Assembly: GCA_964016885.1 (NCBI GenBank)
Contig: OZ024741.1
Coordinates: 144,522,001 to 144,586,000, forward strand
Direction: 5' to 3'
Source: Eledone cirrhosa
Taxonomy: Eukaryota
Length of the DNA: 64,000 nt
The notes beneath the pieces are model-generated. The model worked only from the letters and a program-made list of their open reading frames with translations, was not told where the DNA came from and ran no database searches. This document shows, piece after piece, positions 1 to 12,014 of the stretch. The position numbers were made by a program, and so were the translations under genes. Numbering within the stretch: the first letter of the stretch is position 1; every line of letters begins with the position of its first letter.

Positions 1-1810
1 AGGATCTGGTAGAGGAGGCCCAAACTTGCGCAATCCTGACCAGGTCTATACACGACAACCTCCAACTCATGTGATACATCATAGAGAGGATAGGGTATAA
101 ACCTGGCTTCGGTGGAGCTATGATCAATTTAGATCAATCGAAAGTTCTCCATAGGGTCGACCATCGATACCTGGAGGCTGTGCTCAAGGCAGTTGGCTTC
201 GGTTCCGTCTTCGGAGGCATGATCACTGTAATGCACAGCGCCATCTGCTCAGTGTTCAATGTAAATGGCCACCTTTTGGAATCATTTCAGATCACGCAAT
301 TAGTTTGTCAAGGGTGCCCCCTCTCTCATCCCTTCTATATGTATTGACTCGAGCCTATACAGCAGCAGTTGTAGCTGTTGCAGGGCATCCCGCTCGAACT
401 GACACGTGGAAGCGCTGCGTCGGCGTATGCGGACAACATCACCGTCATAGTGTGGAACACCTCGGAATATTCCTTCTTAGAGGAATATGAAAGGTTGACA
501 GGAACAAAACTGAACCCGGAAAATTCGGTGGGCTTGCAGCTCGGCACATAGAGAGGCAAATCTATGCCATTTAACAGAGTCGCTGGACGTTGGGCGGACA
601 TGTATTACCGCCTGACCATCGTGTCTTGCCTCCGTTCGCATCTCACCAAATTGGAATATCTGCTCTTCAACTTTTGTGTAAGTGACAGGTTCCATTGGCG
701 GTGTCATCCATCTGCTGCTAGCACCCTCTACTTGGAGGGATCGGCATGCCATGGCTGATGATACGCAAACATGCGCTGTGGTTACGGCATCTTTAGATAT
801 TCTTAAACGATGAACATGTATGGTTGCTGTTTATGAGACAGGTCTTTCCGCAGCTAATCTCTTTAACTGAGCTGCAGTTCTGGGTCAAGAGGAGACAGAG
901 ATTGGGCGTTTGGCATCTCGAATGTTGCTAGGCACTCACTGCCAGGTGGACAATGCGGTTAGTGGAAATTTCACTCACGAGTTCTATAGATGATTAGTGG
1001 TGGGAAAGTGCGACGACGCTCTCTGAGAGACTCTGGGAATCGACGAAATCGAACTGACCAGTCTGTTCCGGAAGACATTCTAGCCGGGAACTATGGATAA
1101 CTTCCAGAAACCGCTCGCTAGGCAGTGCTACTGGAAGGGGGGGATGCTGGTTCGAGATAAACTCTACATGTGGTCAAACGGACCTGTTGGAGATACACGC
1201 AGAGCGACAAAACTGTTCTGCATGCACTCGTCCAATGTAAGTGCATTACTGTCGAACAGCTGTTGGGGATGGATCCAGCTATCGTCCGAATCAGCCCACC
1301 GCTTTCTTTTGGCTGGGAAGGGTAGGCAGTATTCCTCTGCCTGGTGATTGTAGCGAAAGAGGTTGTGTAGTGGACGAGGCTGAAAGGACTGAAGACAGAC
1401 ACTTTTCTCTTCGGTCAATCTCTCATCAACTTTTCAAGTTTCACTTGGAAAGGAAGGTGAGGGTGGTGAGGGAAGTGTTGCCCTCCTCCAGTACATTTGT
1501 TAAAAGGTGGATGAATGTTGCAAGGATGGCCCATGTGAATGGGCCTACTCTGAGCATGCGCCTATAGGCTAGCTGATTAGGAGAAAAGAAGGGCACCCCC
1601 CTCGCGTGCTCTCGGAACTTCGGATCATTTAAGATTAGTGGAGTTCCTGAGTTACCCCCGAGTGGTTCTTCCCCTATTGGGGAATTTGTATTGTTACTCG
1701 ATTTGTTTCTGTAAAACCCCCACTGTCCCTGCCTTTTGTACGCCCTTGTGGCCAATAAACAACAATTATTATTATTATTATATCGCCACTTGTGGCCAAT
1801 AAAGAAATTA
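1..1810 (+). mobile_element. Decayed Tx1/L1-clade non-LTR retrotransposon (RT, C-terminal region and 3' UTR)
   Basis: Frameshifted RT motifs INLDQSKVLHRVDHRYLEAVLKAVGFG...VCQGCPLS and SAYADNITVIV. Ends in AATAAA plus a (TTA)n tail near 1753-1820. Confidence 0.8.
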
Positions 1811-1868
1811 TTATTATCATTATATATGTGTGTGTATATATATATATCCGTCCCTTGTTTCCTCTCTC

Positions 1869-1916
<48 letters not shown>

Positions 1917-2209
1917 TCTATCTATCTATCTATTTTTTTAATATTTGACCAATTCACCGTCCTTCAATCCCACAAACTCTTCTCTATCACCTTCTTCTAC
2001 CCACCCACCCCCTTTTTCCTCCCCTCTCTCTCCATCTATAACTGTCTCTAGTGATATATGACCAATAACACCTTCAACCTCATCCCCCCCCCACAGACAT
2101 GACACCATTAGTTACGTATCATTTAATATTTTATATTTTATTGATTCCTCTGTGTAATGAAATCTGTTTTCACTCCCACCTCGAGGAGGCAATGAACTGG
2201 AGAATTACT

Positions 2210-2561
2210 GGTGATGATGAGGGTTGTTGTTGTGGTGGTGCTGGTAGTAGTGGTGTTGGTGGAGGTGGAGTAGGTGGTTGCTGTGGGGGTGGTGGTGGTA
2301 GTGGTGGAGGTAGTTGAGGCGTCGGTTGTAATAGTGCGGTAGCAGTGACGTTGGCGATAGTAGTAGTAGTAGTAGTAGTAGTAGTAACTGCAATAACAAT
2401 TACAAATGCAATTACTGCAACCACAATAAATGCAAAAAATACAACTGCAACAACAAATGCAACCACTGCAAAAATAACAACAAAAACCAGAAGATGGCAA
2501 CTCAAGTTTGACATTTGATATTTTAAATCACAGACAAACACGCTCACACACACGCGCGCGC

Positions 2562-2608
<47 letters not shown>

Positions 2609-2700
2609 GAGATAGAGAGAGAGAGAGAGAAAAGAAAGGGGATGAGAGAGAGAGAGAGAGAGAGAGAGGTGGAGAGATAGATAGATAGATAGATAGAGAG
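2210..2700. repeat. Low-complexity block: (GGT/GTA)n, (CA)n, (GA)n, (GATA)n
   Basis: Simple repeats are directly visible; the overlapping ORFs are repeat artefacts. Confidence 0.9.
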
Positions 2701-3859
2701 ATTAAACTGATTTGGGGTTTCTATCTGTACAATGAAACTAAAATTTAGCCTCGAGTAAACTGACAACCACTTTGAGTATTTAGTAATTCTATCTGATGTC
2801 ATCATTACTCTCTGTCATCACCTCAACACTTGCCATCATTGACTTTGCTATATTTATTATTTACTTGTTTATCCAATACAGCGTGGGTTTATCGATTTAA
2901 AAGAAATATATAAGACAAAATAAATGTATGGTACATTGGTAGAGCTGTTAAAGCGCCAGAAAAAAATTAATTGCTGCCATGAACAATATAAGCTTGCATA
3001 GAGCCCCTAGTTGAAACGTTGATCGTAGTTCTTGCTACCATAAATAATATATTATTTATGGTAGCCCCCCCCCCCCCCCCCAAAAAAAAAAATAAAAAAA
3101 TTGGGGGCCATTTAAATAGTCAGGGCCCCTCGTTACAGCCCAATCAGTTCCCCCACTTAATCCGCCACTTTTATGGTCCTTTGCGCTCGGCGTTCATATC
3201 CTGTCGAGAACGACTTTGTATTAAGTCTTTTAAATAAAGTACCAATTTAGAGGCAGACAATTATTAAAGTATCGGGCGAGATGCTTTGTTGTATCTATTC
3301 TGGATCTGTGCGTTTCGAGTTCAAATCTCGTCTCCTGTTACCAGAAAAACGATGACACAATTAGGAAGTAGTGTACCTCTTCCGATAGGTTTGCCTTTCA
3401 TGGGAAGTAATTGGCCTAAAAATAGTGATCATGAGCATTCTCAAATACTAAATGAAATATTTTCATGGTGTTTCTTACTCTGTTGTATGCGGAAAAAAAA
3501 GGATTATAAAAAAATTCTGATAACCGAGAATCCCGAACATTACACGAAAGAAGATCCGCTCAAATTGCGCTTGATACTCGGAAGTGGATGTGGTGTGGAA
3601 TTAATGGGATTTTCGTCTTTGTCCGTTTCCTTTCTGCGACATTCTTGTTCAAACAGGTCTGCAGCAGTAGAAATGGCTTGGTGCCAGATTTGGGAATCTG
3701 GTTCTTGTTCTTTTCAAGTTTACATGTTGGCTTGATTCGTTATTTATTTAGACTAATCTTTGTAACGTTGTAGCAGACACCTCATCCCTTCTCTATTTAC
3801 ACAGTGGCCTTGTCTCTAGTTATATAAAAATTTCCTCACCACTACTTCGTCAATTGTGG

Positions 3860-4190
3860 ACGCAGCATGGACGAATTGTTAAGAGTTTCACTTTACGATA
3901 ATACGGTCTCGACTTCGATACCTGTACGTGACATCGTTGGCAAGTGTCATTTACCATAGTCTACATGCCTTGGGAGTACAGTTGAGTACACAGAAACTAT
4001 TTGAAAGTCCGTCGGACGGGCAGCACATGTAATTCAAAGAGTCAGTCTTGACATACATGTGTCACACTGAATTTCTTCGAGAATTACGTTAAGAATTCAT
4101 GAGTCTGTGGAATGTTCAACCACTTGCACGTTAATTTCAAAAGCAGGCTGTTCCATTGTTCGAACAATTGGAACACTGATTGCCGAAACC
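3860..4190 (+). mobile_element. Degenerate tRNA-derived SINE-like element (CORE-type head plus a second family segment)
   Basis: A/B-box-like head and ggcaagtgtc...ccatagt core. The 3' part resembles reverse-strand copies at about 56960-57120 and 57320-57480. Confidence 0.5.
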
Positions 4191-4931
4191 GACGGAAGTT
4201 TGTCGATCGATCACCTTCCGCGATTATAGTGAAAGTTATATATATAGTTATAACCTATATGGCGTTGTCTCATGTAGTCCTATGTAAAATAGTCCTATGT
4301 AAAATATGTCAAACATGTAAAATATTATTTTACTTCACTGCATAATTATTTCTGGTTAAATTTTTAATGATATGGGCATGCACGTATGTGTGTATGTATA
4401 AACAATTACTGATAACTAAGGTGGTTGGAACGTGATGTTTTCACTTTCATTATCAAGGTCACGGTTAATTCTATTTTAAGGTAGATAATTTAGAAATGTT
4501 TAAATAATTATCTGTCATTTAATAGGACGTTATAACAATAATAGCAGACGCCATAGAAGAGAAGAAAGCTATTGACGATGCGTTTTCAATTCCTGATGGT
4601 AACCTTTGTGATAGACGGACATCTTGTCCAGGAGAGTGTTTTGTACTCTCAGTCACTTAAAGCCACATTAATCGAGGATAAACTTAAAGGTTGAGGCTGG
4701 TTTGCCTTACGCTGTCCTGAGATGGCCTGGGCTGGCTGAGCTGAGGCTGGGTTGACTTGGTCGAGATTGACTGAAGCTATACAGGTCTGGCTATGGCTAG
4801 CTGTGGCTGGGTTGAACTGGGCTGGACTGGGCTTGCTAAGTAGTGTACAGAATAATATATTAACATAATTGTCACAGGTAATAATATTCTGTTTATCTCT
4901 TGGAGCAGAAAATAAAATGTTTATAATTTGA

Positions 4932-4968
4932 ATCTAGCGCTTTCGTCTTTCGTGAGACTTATCAAGAT
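4932..4968 (-). ncRNA. Degenerate minimal type I hammerhead motif
   Basis: Minus strand reads AUC-UUGAUAA-GUCU(cacgaa)AGAC-GAAA-GCGC-UA-GAU. The core has two substitutions relative to CUGAUGA. Confidence 0.45.
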
Positions 4969-5185
4969 GTAAATTTAGTTCCTATTAAAAGGGTGGTCAA
5001 ACCGGAAACTCCCCATGTGTGTTTTTCCACCTCTTCTCATAGAACTATTATTGTTTAGTTGTTGAGTGAATTTCTATATAAGATATTTCCTTATCTTACT
5101 CAGTACTTTATTGTTAGGGAATGGTTATTAATAAACATCTATAATTTAACAAATAGCTAATGTGATAAATGAAATTATATATATA

Positions 5186-5682
5186 TTCGTTTTGCTTTGT
5201 TTTCGTTTGTTGTCTTGTCCTCTCTTTCTTGATTTTCCTAAGTTTATCATTATTAATTTGTGACGAACCTTTTTGCTCTTCTCCCCTCATTAATCTCAAT
5301 GGCTCACATTTTAAACTCGATATCTTGCTTTCTTCTTCTTGCCTTTTTCTATTTTCTTTTTTTTTTTCTTCTTTGTTTTACTCCCAAGAGTTTCGTGAAA
5401 TTGTGTGTACTTGTTATAGTTGCTGTTTCGTCTCGTCTCTTACTCCATGGGACAGCACTTTGACTTGTACCATGCGCTGTGACTCCGGGTAGACCAGCAG
5501 TACTATTGGTATGAGTCGAAACTGCCAAGGTCTATCTCAACGGCTGATGACCCTGGAGTTTTGTGTCTCGTTTTCAAAAAAAGATAAATGTTTAAAGTTT
5601 CCCCCTTTAAAAATTTGTTTTTCGTTTTGCCTTGTTTTCGTTCGCTATCCTGTCATCTCTTTGTTGATTTTCCTAAGTTTAT
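5186..5682 (+). mobile_element. Small non-coding element with ~60-bp imperfect direct terminal repeats, carrying a permuted hammerhead
   Basis: ttcgttttgc...gattttcctaagtttat occurs at 5186-5248 and again at 5621-5682; both ends abut (TA)n. Confidence 0.6.
5442..5559 (+). ncRNA. Non-circularly permuted hammerhead ribozyme, copy A (predicted cleavage after GUA at 5502)
   Basis: Helices: ACTCCA-GGG/CCC-TGGAGT; hairpin ACAGC/GCTGT; stem II GACTC/GAGTC; stem III GCAGT/ACTGC plus GGGTAGACC/GGTCTATCT; stem I CTATTG/CAACGG. GAAA at 5518 and CTGATGA at 5544. Confidence 0.75.
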
Positions 5683-5904
5683 ATATATATAAATATGTTT
5701 TCAAGAAGCCTCTCGGCTCTCTAACCATTGTACAGCGCGTAACGAAGTACAAATTCGGGCAGCAGTGTCAAAATCCTTTTTATATCAATGGCCAACAAAG
5801 AATGGTTGGCTATAGAAAATGTAGTGACAATGGCGGGGCCACAACCTGGCCTCAACCAGTCGGCTGGAACAGGTAAATGACTGAAATAGTAAAAGTATAT
5901 ATAC

Positions 5905-6510
5905 ATACATACATGCATAAAATGCAGGCATAACAGACTAGATATAATGATATGGGACAGGGAAAAGAAGGCATGTACAGTAGTGGAAGTTAGCTGTCCA
6001 GCAGATGCCAATATAATATAAAAGATTAGTGAAAAGGAGAATATTTATGCAGAACTAATGAGAAATCTGCAGATACTCCACTCTGATTATACCTTCAGAT
6101 TTATGCCTGTGATTATTGGGGTCCTGGGATATGTTAGTAACTGCCTCAATACAAATCTTGAGAAACTGGGCTTCACAGGAACAGAAAGAACACAACTAGT
6201 TAGGAAACTACAAGTACAATCCATTAATGGAGCAGTAAAAATATGTAAAACATTCCAAAAATTTTGCATCTAATAACTGCATATACACATGTACAGATAC
6301 AAAGCATATACACATGCACACATACAATTCAAAACATCCACATCCACACATACAATAACATCCATACCTACACATCCATGCATGCAGACATGCATACATA
6401 TCTACCTAGTTGATGTTGTGTAAATTCCAATGAGAGAGTCTTGTGTCTATGTTAGAAACCGACTCTCTCTCTATTGGCAAACATTTGTGAAATTATAAAA
6501 CCAGAAGAAC
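5905..6510 (+). mobile_element. 3' end of an R4/Dong-type (restriction-like endonuclease) non-LTR retrotransposon
   Basis: Reads KCRHNRLDIMIWDREKKACTVVEVSCPADANI..KISEKENIYAELMRNLQILHSDYTFRFMPVIIGVLG..., a decayed PD-(D/E)xK RLE C-terminus. Stop at 6271-6273, followed by a structured 3' UTR. Confidence 0.8.
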
Positions 6511-6540
6511 ATACATACATACATACATGTATACACACAC

Positions 6541-6587
<47 letters not shown>

Positions 6588-6675
6588 CATACACACACAC
6601 ACATATATATATATGTATGTATATATATATATACATATATATATATGCGTGTATGTGTGTGTGTGTGTATGTATG

Positions 6676-6708
<33 letters not shown>

Positions 6709-7519
6709 ATGTGTGTGTATGTGTATGTATATATATAACACCTCTCACATTGCCACTGTTTCCTTACTACTAATTAACGTGTGTGAACTCATGTGCACTC
6801 TTACCGAAACTATATACTGACCTCACTACCTAGCGGGTTACGAGTAGCATTTCCTAATTTATTCTTTTGTCTCTAGTATTGACATAATTTAATACAAAGT
6901 TGAAAATGAATCAGGGAAAGGCAAATAAATAAATAAAAAGAATATTGCTTTCCAAATTTAATATCTGTATTACACATCACATACTTTGTTTTATTTTCAT
7001 TTATTTTTATTTATCTTAATTACTGAATGAAGTAATACAGTGAAAATCTTCACCATCATGATTTAACGCCCGTTTTTCCCTACTAGCAAGAGTTGGACAC
7101 AATTTACAAATTACCAGATCATATTTTAATGAAAATCTATTCCTTGAAGTTTTATTTTGTTATAAATGAAACCTCTACGAAGTGTGTAGTGAGAATGAAA
7201 TTTGAAAGTATGTTTTGCTTTACCAAAGCTACCACAACGCATAGTTTTAACTGTAAAATACTTGAATAAATTGGGGATATGACTACTTGAAAAATAAACC
7301 ATCTAAAGGGGTTTTATCTCCGGTTTATTCAACTGTTTTATTAAAATCATGCGTCGTCTTAGCTTTTCCAAATCATATTATTTTGTAATAATTTCTCCAT
7401 GTTTTTCATCATTTCTTTTGACTGAGGTAAGATGCAGAACTACAAACCACAAGATTGGGTTAATAAACTTCACAACATTTATTTTGTGCTATGTTCTGTA
7501 TTGTCTAAGCGATATATAA

Positions 7520-7738
7520 GGGTTTCTACTATAGGCACAAGGCCAGTAATTTGGGGGGAGGGAAAAGTCGATTAAATCGACCCCAGTGCATTACTGATGC
7601 TTTATTTTATCGACCCCGTAAGGACGAAAGGCAAATCTAACCTCGGCGGGATTTGAACTCAGAGCGTAAAGGGCCATAACTCTATGCCTCAAAGCAAAGT
7701 GTCCGACGTTCTACCGATACTGCCAATCCACCGCCCTT
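7520..7738 (-). mobile_element. tRNA-derived SINE with Meta-type core; 16-bp target-site duplication
   Basis: Minus strand has A-box tggcagtatcgg, B-box gagttcaaatcc and core gcctttc.tccttacggggtcgataaaataaag. TSD tctaagcgatatataa at 7504-7519 and 7739-7754. Confidence 0.9.
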
Positions 7739-8414
7739 TCTAAGCGATATATAATACCAGGTGATCCAGGTTAGTTAAACCTTGTAAATTATAATTTTTT
7801 TGGATTACCTCATCGATATAGGTTCAATATAGTCCAAGCAATATATTTTGCAGGCGACCCAAATTAGTTAAACCATGTTGTTCTTAGCCATATCACGTTG
7901 TTTCTTCGTGGTGTTAAGGTGGAGTTTTGCATGATGAGCAAAACATTTCTAAAACTATTGAAGTATAGGAAAATTCCACAACTATAAAATTGTGTTACTA
8001 TATTCAATGTCACGATGGTGTAAATATTAAGATGATTACATTGTAGATAGATGCTTTCACCCGAACTAACTACATTACGATAAAGCATATCTTTCACTTT
8101 AGATAAGGTGACTTTATTAACTCCAAAACAGTCACACGTAACAATTCCTAATTTAATAGCAACTACTATAACCGATGTAGACGTATTATTACACCGGATA
8201 ATAATACAGTAGTGGATTGACAGAGTGGTTAGATGGTCGGACAAATGCTTCGCAGTATTTGTCCTGGCTCTTTATATTATGATGTCAAATACTGCCGGGG
8301 CCAGCTTTCATTTCCTTCAGTTTGTTGTCAATAAAATAAAGTACTAGTCTTAACCCTACCCTTAAATTGCTGGCATTGTGCCTAAAATAAAAATCATTAT
8401 TATTCCAAATAATA

Positions 8415-8619
8415 GGGCGGTGGATTGGCGCTATCGGTTAAGTCGGACACCATGCTTTGCAGCATAGAGTTACGACTCTTTACGGTCTGAGTTCATATCC
8501 CGCCGAGGTTAACTTTGCCTTTCATCGATAAAATAAAGCAGCAGTAACGTACTGGGGTCGATTTAATCGACTTTCCCCTCCCCCCAAATTACTGGCCTTG
8601 TGCCTATGCTAGAAATCTT
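8415..8619 (+). mobile_element. Same SINE family; ~18-bp TSD
   Basis: Sequence matches the 7520 copy in the opposite orientation. TSD ttattat(t/a)ccaaataata at 8397-8414 and 8620-8637. An older SINE remnant lies just upstream (about 8210-8390). Confidence 0.85.
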
Positions 8620-8776
8620 TTATTATACCAAATAATAAATATTAACTCTTTTACGAGCCAGTAAGGGCTTTTTTATATGATAGAGGTGCATATGAAAGCG
8701 TATATGACATGTTTATGTATAATAAACATACAAGACTCTCGTTATGAATATTTTAGGTTGTGATCATGTCACAGAT

Positions 8777-8819
8777 TATCAGACACGTGTTTCTGGAATT
8801 TTATCCATCATCAGTGACA
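8777..8819 (-). ncRNA. Minimal type I hammerhead ribozyme (Penelope/retrozyme-like)
   Basis: Minus strand reads UGUCA-CUGAUGA-UGGA(uaaaau)UCCA-GAAAC-ACGU-GUC-UGAUA. Core is intact and stem III is palindromic. Confidence 0.75.
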
Positions 8820-9285
8820 TTTATTTACTCAGTCGATACTGCGACAAGAATAAGCTAAAGCCTATGTACGTTTTTGCATATTAAACTTTCATTTGGTCGC
8901 TCCGTCTGCTAGAAGTAGAAACAAAATCTTCGTCAGATCACATATTAGCAGATAAAGGATCACATGTTATATACAATGTTAAGAGACAGGATACAAATTT
9001 CACTGCAACATGACTTTGCTGCAAAGTTTGCCAGCCGGATCAGTATACTTCGTTGATTCTGCTGTGCCTGGTCTATTCTGCAGAGACTTTGCTACATTTC
9101 CCAAAATGAAATTGAAGCTGAAAGACCCGCCCCTCGCTTCCAGACAGTAGATTAAATTCAAGCAGAATTGTAAGTAGTACATGAGGGTTTTCACAGCTAG
9201 GACTTCCATAAGTTTGAGGTAATGAAGACAAGCTTGGATCACAGGATCACTGTGTATGATAACAAAGGGACTATTTCGAATGAAG

Positions 9286-11225
9286 TCTTCTTCTTCTTCT
9301 TCTTCTTCTTCTTGAAAGGGTCGTGGGGGCAGAGACCTCAAGCACGCCTTCCAGCGAGTCTTGTCAGAAGTAACCGCCTCCAATTGATCCGACTGAATTC
9401 CCAAGCCAGAACAGCCAAGCTCCTGGATGTTATCCGACCATCTTGCTCGGGATCTATCTCTGAATCTCCTGTCGGTAGGTGGAATCTATCCAGCGATTCT
9501 TTCATGTAACACTTTAACCACATGTTCGTTTTATCGGAGCAGTGATCTCTTAATTTGGAGAAGTAGTGGCTCTACCTGGAGTGATTCGCTGATCTCCAAA
9601 CCATGCACTCTATCGAGTGACGTTACTCCATGAACCCTTCGGAGGAACCTTATTTCGGCCGCTTGTATTCGCGATCGTATTCTTTTTGTTATTACCCAAA
9701 ATTCATGACCATAGGAAAGGGTTGGCATGAATACCGAATTGAATATAACGAGTTTGTCTTTTACACCTACCTCGCTTCTTCAGATGACCGAATAGTGAAG
9801 CTGGCGCATTACTTCACCAGCTCCTGCAATTTTTGCACTTAATTCAGCCTCCTGCCTTTCATATTCGTGAGCATAACCCCGCTTCAGTGAAACTCCATTC
9901 ACATGTAGAGTGTATTGCGCAGGCTTCCTTGCGAGGGCAAGTGTCTCAGTTTTCACAGCACTGACTTTTCATTCATGCCGTGCAGCACTCGGCAGAAAAC
10001 CTATCAGGGGCATGCTGAAGATCACCTTCTGACGAGTTAAGTAATACCAAGTAGTCTGCAAATTTCAGCCGACAGTTGTGATACCACTTTCAGCCTGGTT
10101 GCGTATTTTAATCCTGTCCATGAAGATTATAAGCAGGAGACCTGCCGCAGTGGTAATATTTGGTTAGCTGTACTGCGTCCGAGGCAAAAACTACAATGTT
10201 AATCATCTAGATTGGAGTCGACAACATCCCTACATCTCTTTGCCAGACATTAGCATAGACTTTACTGGGGAGTCTTAACAAGGAGAATCTATCTATAATA
10301 GGAACAAATTTCTTGTCTCCCTTTTTGGAAAATTAGGATTATCACTCCCGATTGCCATTGCTTAGGTGCCTTTCCAGAGATACAGGCCAACTGGCACATA
10401 CGATTCAGCCAGTGATTACCTTCTCTATTTAAGGCTTTTAACATCTCAGGCCGAATTTCATCTGCCTTGCTATATTTTAGCTCATTAATTGCTTTTGTGA
10501 CCTTAGCCTCCAGAGTCATTGCACCCATATGCACCTCGTGTAGATCAGAAGATGCTGTTGTGACCGCGTTTATAGGATCAGCAAAATATTCTCTCCACCT
10601 CACGAAGGTGCACCTCTCTGAAGAGTGGAAAACCTCAGATTCGTTCATGATACCATTTGTGGAGGAGGACTTTTTATTTTGCAGTCGGTGGATAGTCGTT
10701 CAGAATATTTTGTTTGCTTGTCTGAAGTCAGATTTACTGTCCCTGCTGCCCGATTTACTGTCCCTTACTGTCCCTGCTGCCAGATTTACTGTCCCTGCTT
10801 GCACCGAAAGTTCAAGGAGGACTTATTTCGAAGCCAAGCTTTGTAAACCTTCTTCTTTGCTCGGATGGAATCATTGATCACTTAATAGAACCAAACGGTC
10901 CTCCTGCCACGCGGTGCCCAACAAAGCCGCTTTTGCCCGTAGCATTTATTAGCTGAACTAGAAACTACCAAGCTGAACAGCATCCACCATGTTTCAACGT
11001 ACTCAATTTGCCCTGGGAGTTCTCTGAATTTGGATGCAATATTATCCGAATACCTCTTCCTACCTTCCATATCTGCCAGCACGTCCTGCTTTATCTTGTA
11101 GGTCGAACTGGACCTGCAGCCCACAAGTATGTTGGCGTTTACGAAATATGACTCAGTCTTACCTACACCCAACACTGCCGTGATATCAAGGAAGGATCTG
11201 TATTCGGATTCTCTGTTTGGCGAAG
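9286..11225 (-). mobile_element. RTE-clade LINE, internally deleted and frameshifted, with (GAA)n 3' tail
   Basis: PTLSYGHEFWVITKRIRSRIQAAEIRFLRRVHGVT, DEIRPEMLKAL...PKQWQSGVIILIFQKG and endonuclease remnants near 11200. Tail (TTC)n at 9286-9312. Confidence 0.9.
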
Positions 11226-11339
11226 GAGAACTGGCCGAAAATAAATAATAAAAGAAATACATCGTTTACTGGAGTATTAGTGCTGATGTACGTTTTAGGT
11301 ATGGTCAGACAACATTATGATTATATATCTATATATATT

Positions 11340-11396
<57 letters not shown>

Positions 11397-12000
11397 GCGT
11401 GTGTGTGTGCATGTGTGTATCTGTGTGTCTGTGTGTGTGTCTGTGTGTATTTGTGTGTGTGTGTGTGTGTGCATATATGCGTGTTACGTTAACTAGTTTC
11501 CGGTAAATTCCCAAGAAATTATAGTTTAAAGCTATTAAGAGCTCACTGTAATCACTACGTAGATTAGAGTAAATCACTAAATCTCTTGTTATTGTAATTA
11601 AGCAAAACTTTAAGTAAGTCTTAATCCACTGTTAGAGATTCGTACATATATAATGAAATGTGTGCATGTATTTGTATGCATATAACTGTGCATATCTATG
11701 CATGTGTGAATTTCTTTGTGAATTTAAAAAAAAAAAAAACAAGAGAGAAACTGAGAACCGAGAAAAACTAAAATGAAACAATTTTCTAAAAACCTATGCA
11801 GACACCCACATATAAATGTTCAAACTAGACATTAACCCCGTTGATCTGATCATTCTGGAAAGTCTTAGTGGCCGTGTTGAGTTCTAGCCGTAACGATGCT
11901 GACTTTTTAATCTCTAGAACCACAGTGATCAGTGTGTCCTATCTTTCTCAAGATGGCGGAAGGAGATTTGTTGACTGAGGCAGTTTGTACAATAATGACT

Positions 12001-12014
12001 GTTTCCATGGCAAC
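12001..12014. promoter_or_regulatory. RFX X-box motif GTTTCCATGGCAAC
   Basis: Exact match to the GTTNCCATGGNAAC consensus in apparently non-repetitive sequence. Confidence 0.4.

Noticed and set aside
2099-2805. Pro/Gln/Thr-rich ORFs
   Set aside because: Derived from trinucleotide low-complexity sequence running into dinucleotide repeats; no splice or domain support.
4690-4840. Ig switch-like GAGCT/GGGCT pentamers
   Set aside because: Short degenerate (GGCTG)n simple repeat with no supporting context.
7520-7738. tRNA genes
   Set aside because: The A/B boxes belong to multi-copy SINE heads with TSDs; no cloverleaf.
11949-11959. YY1 motif CAAGATGGCGG
   Set aside because: Lies in what appears to be a degenerate dispersed repeat (similar to about 47330-47495), so likely coincidental.
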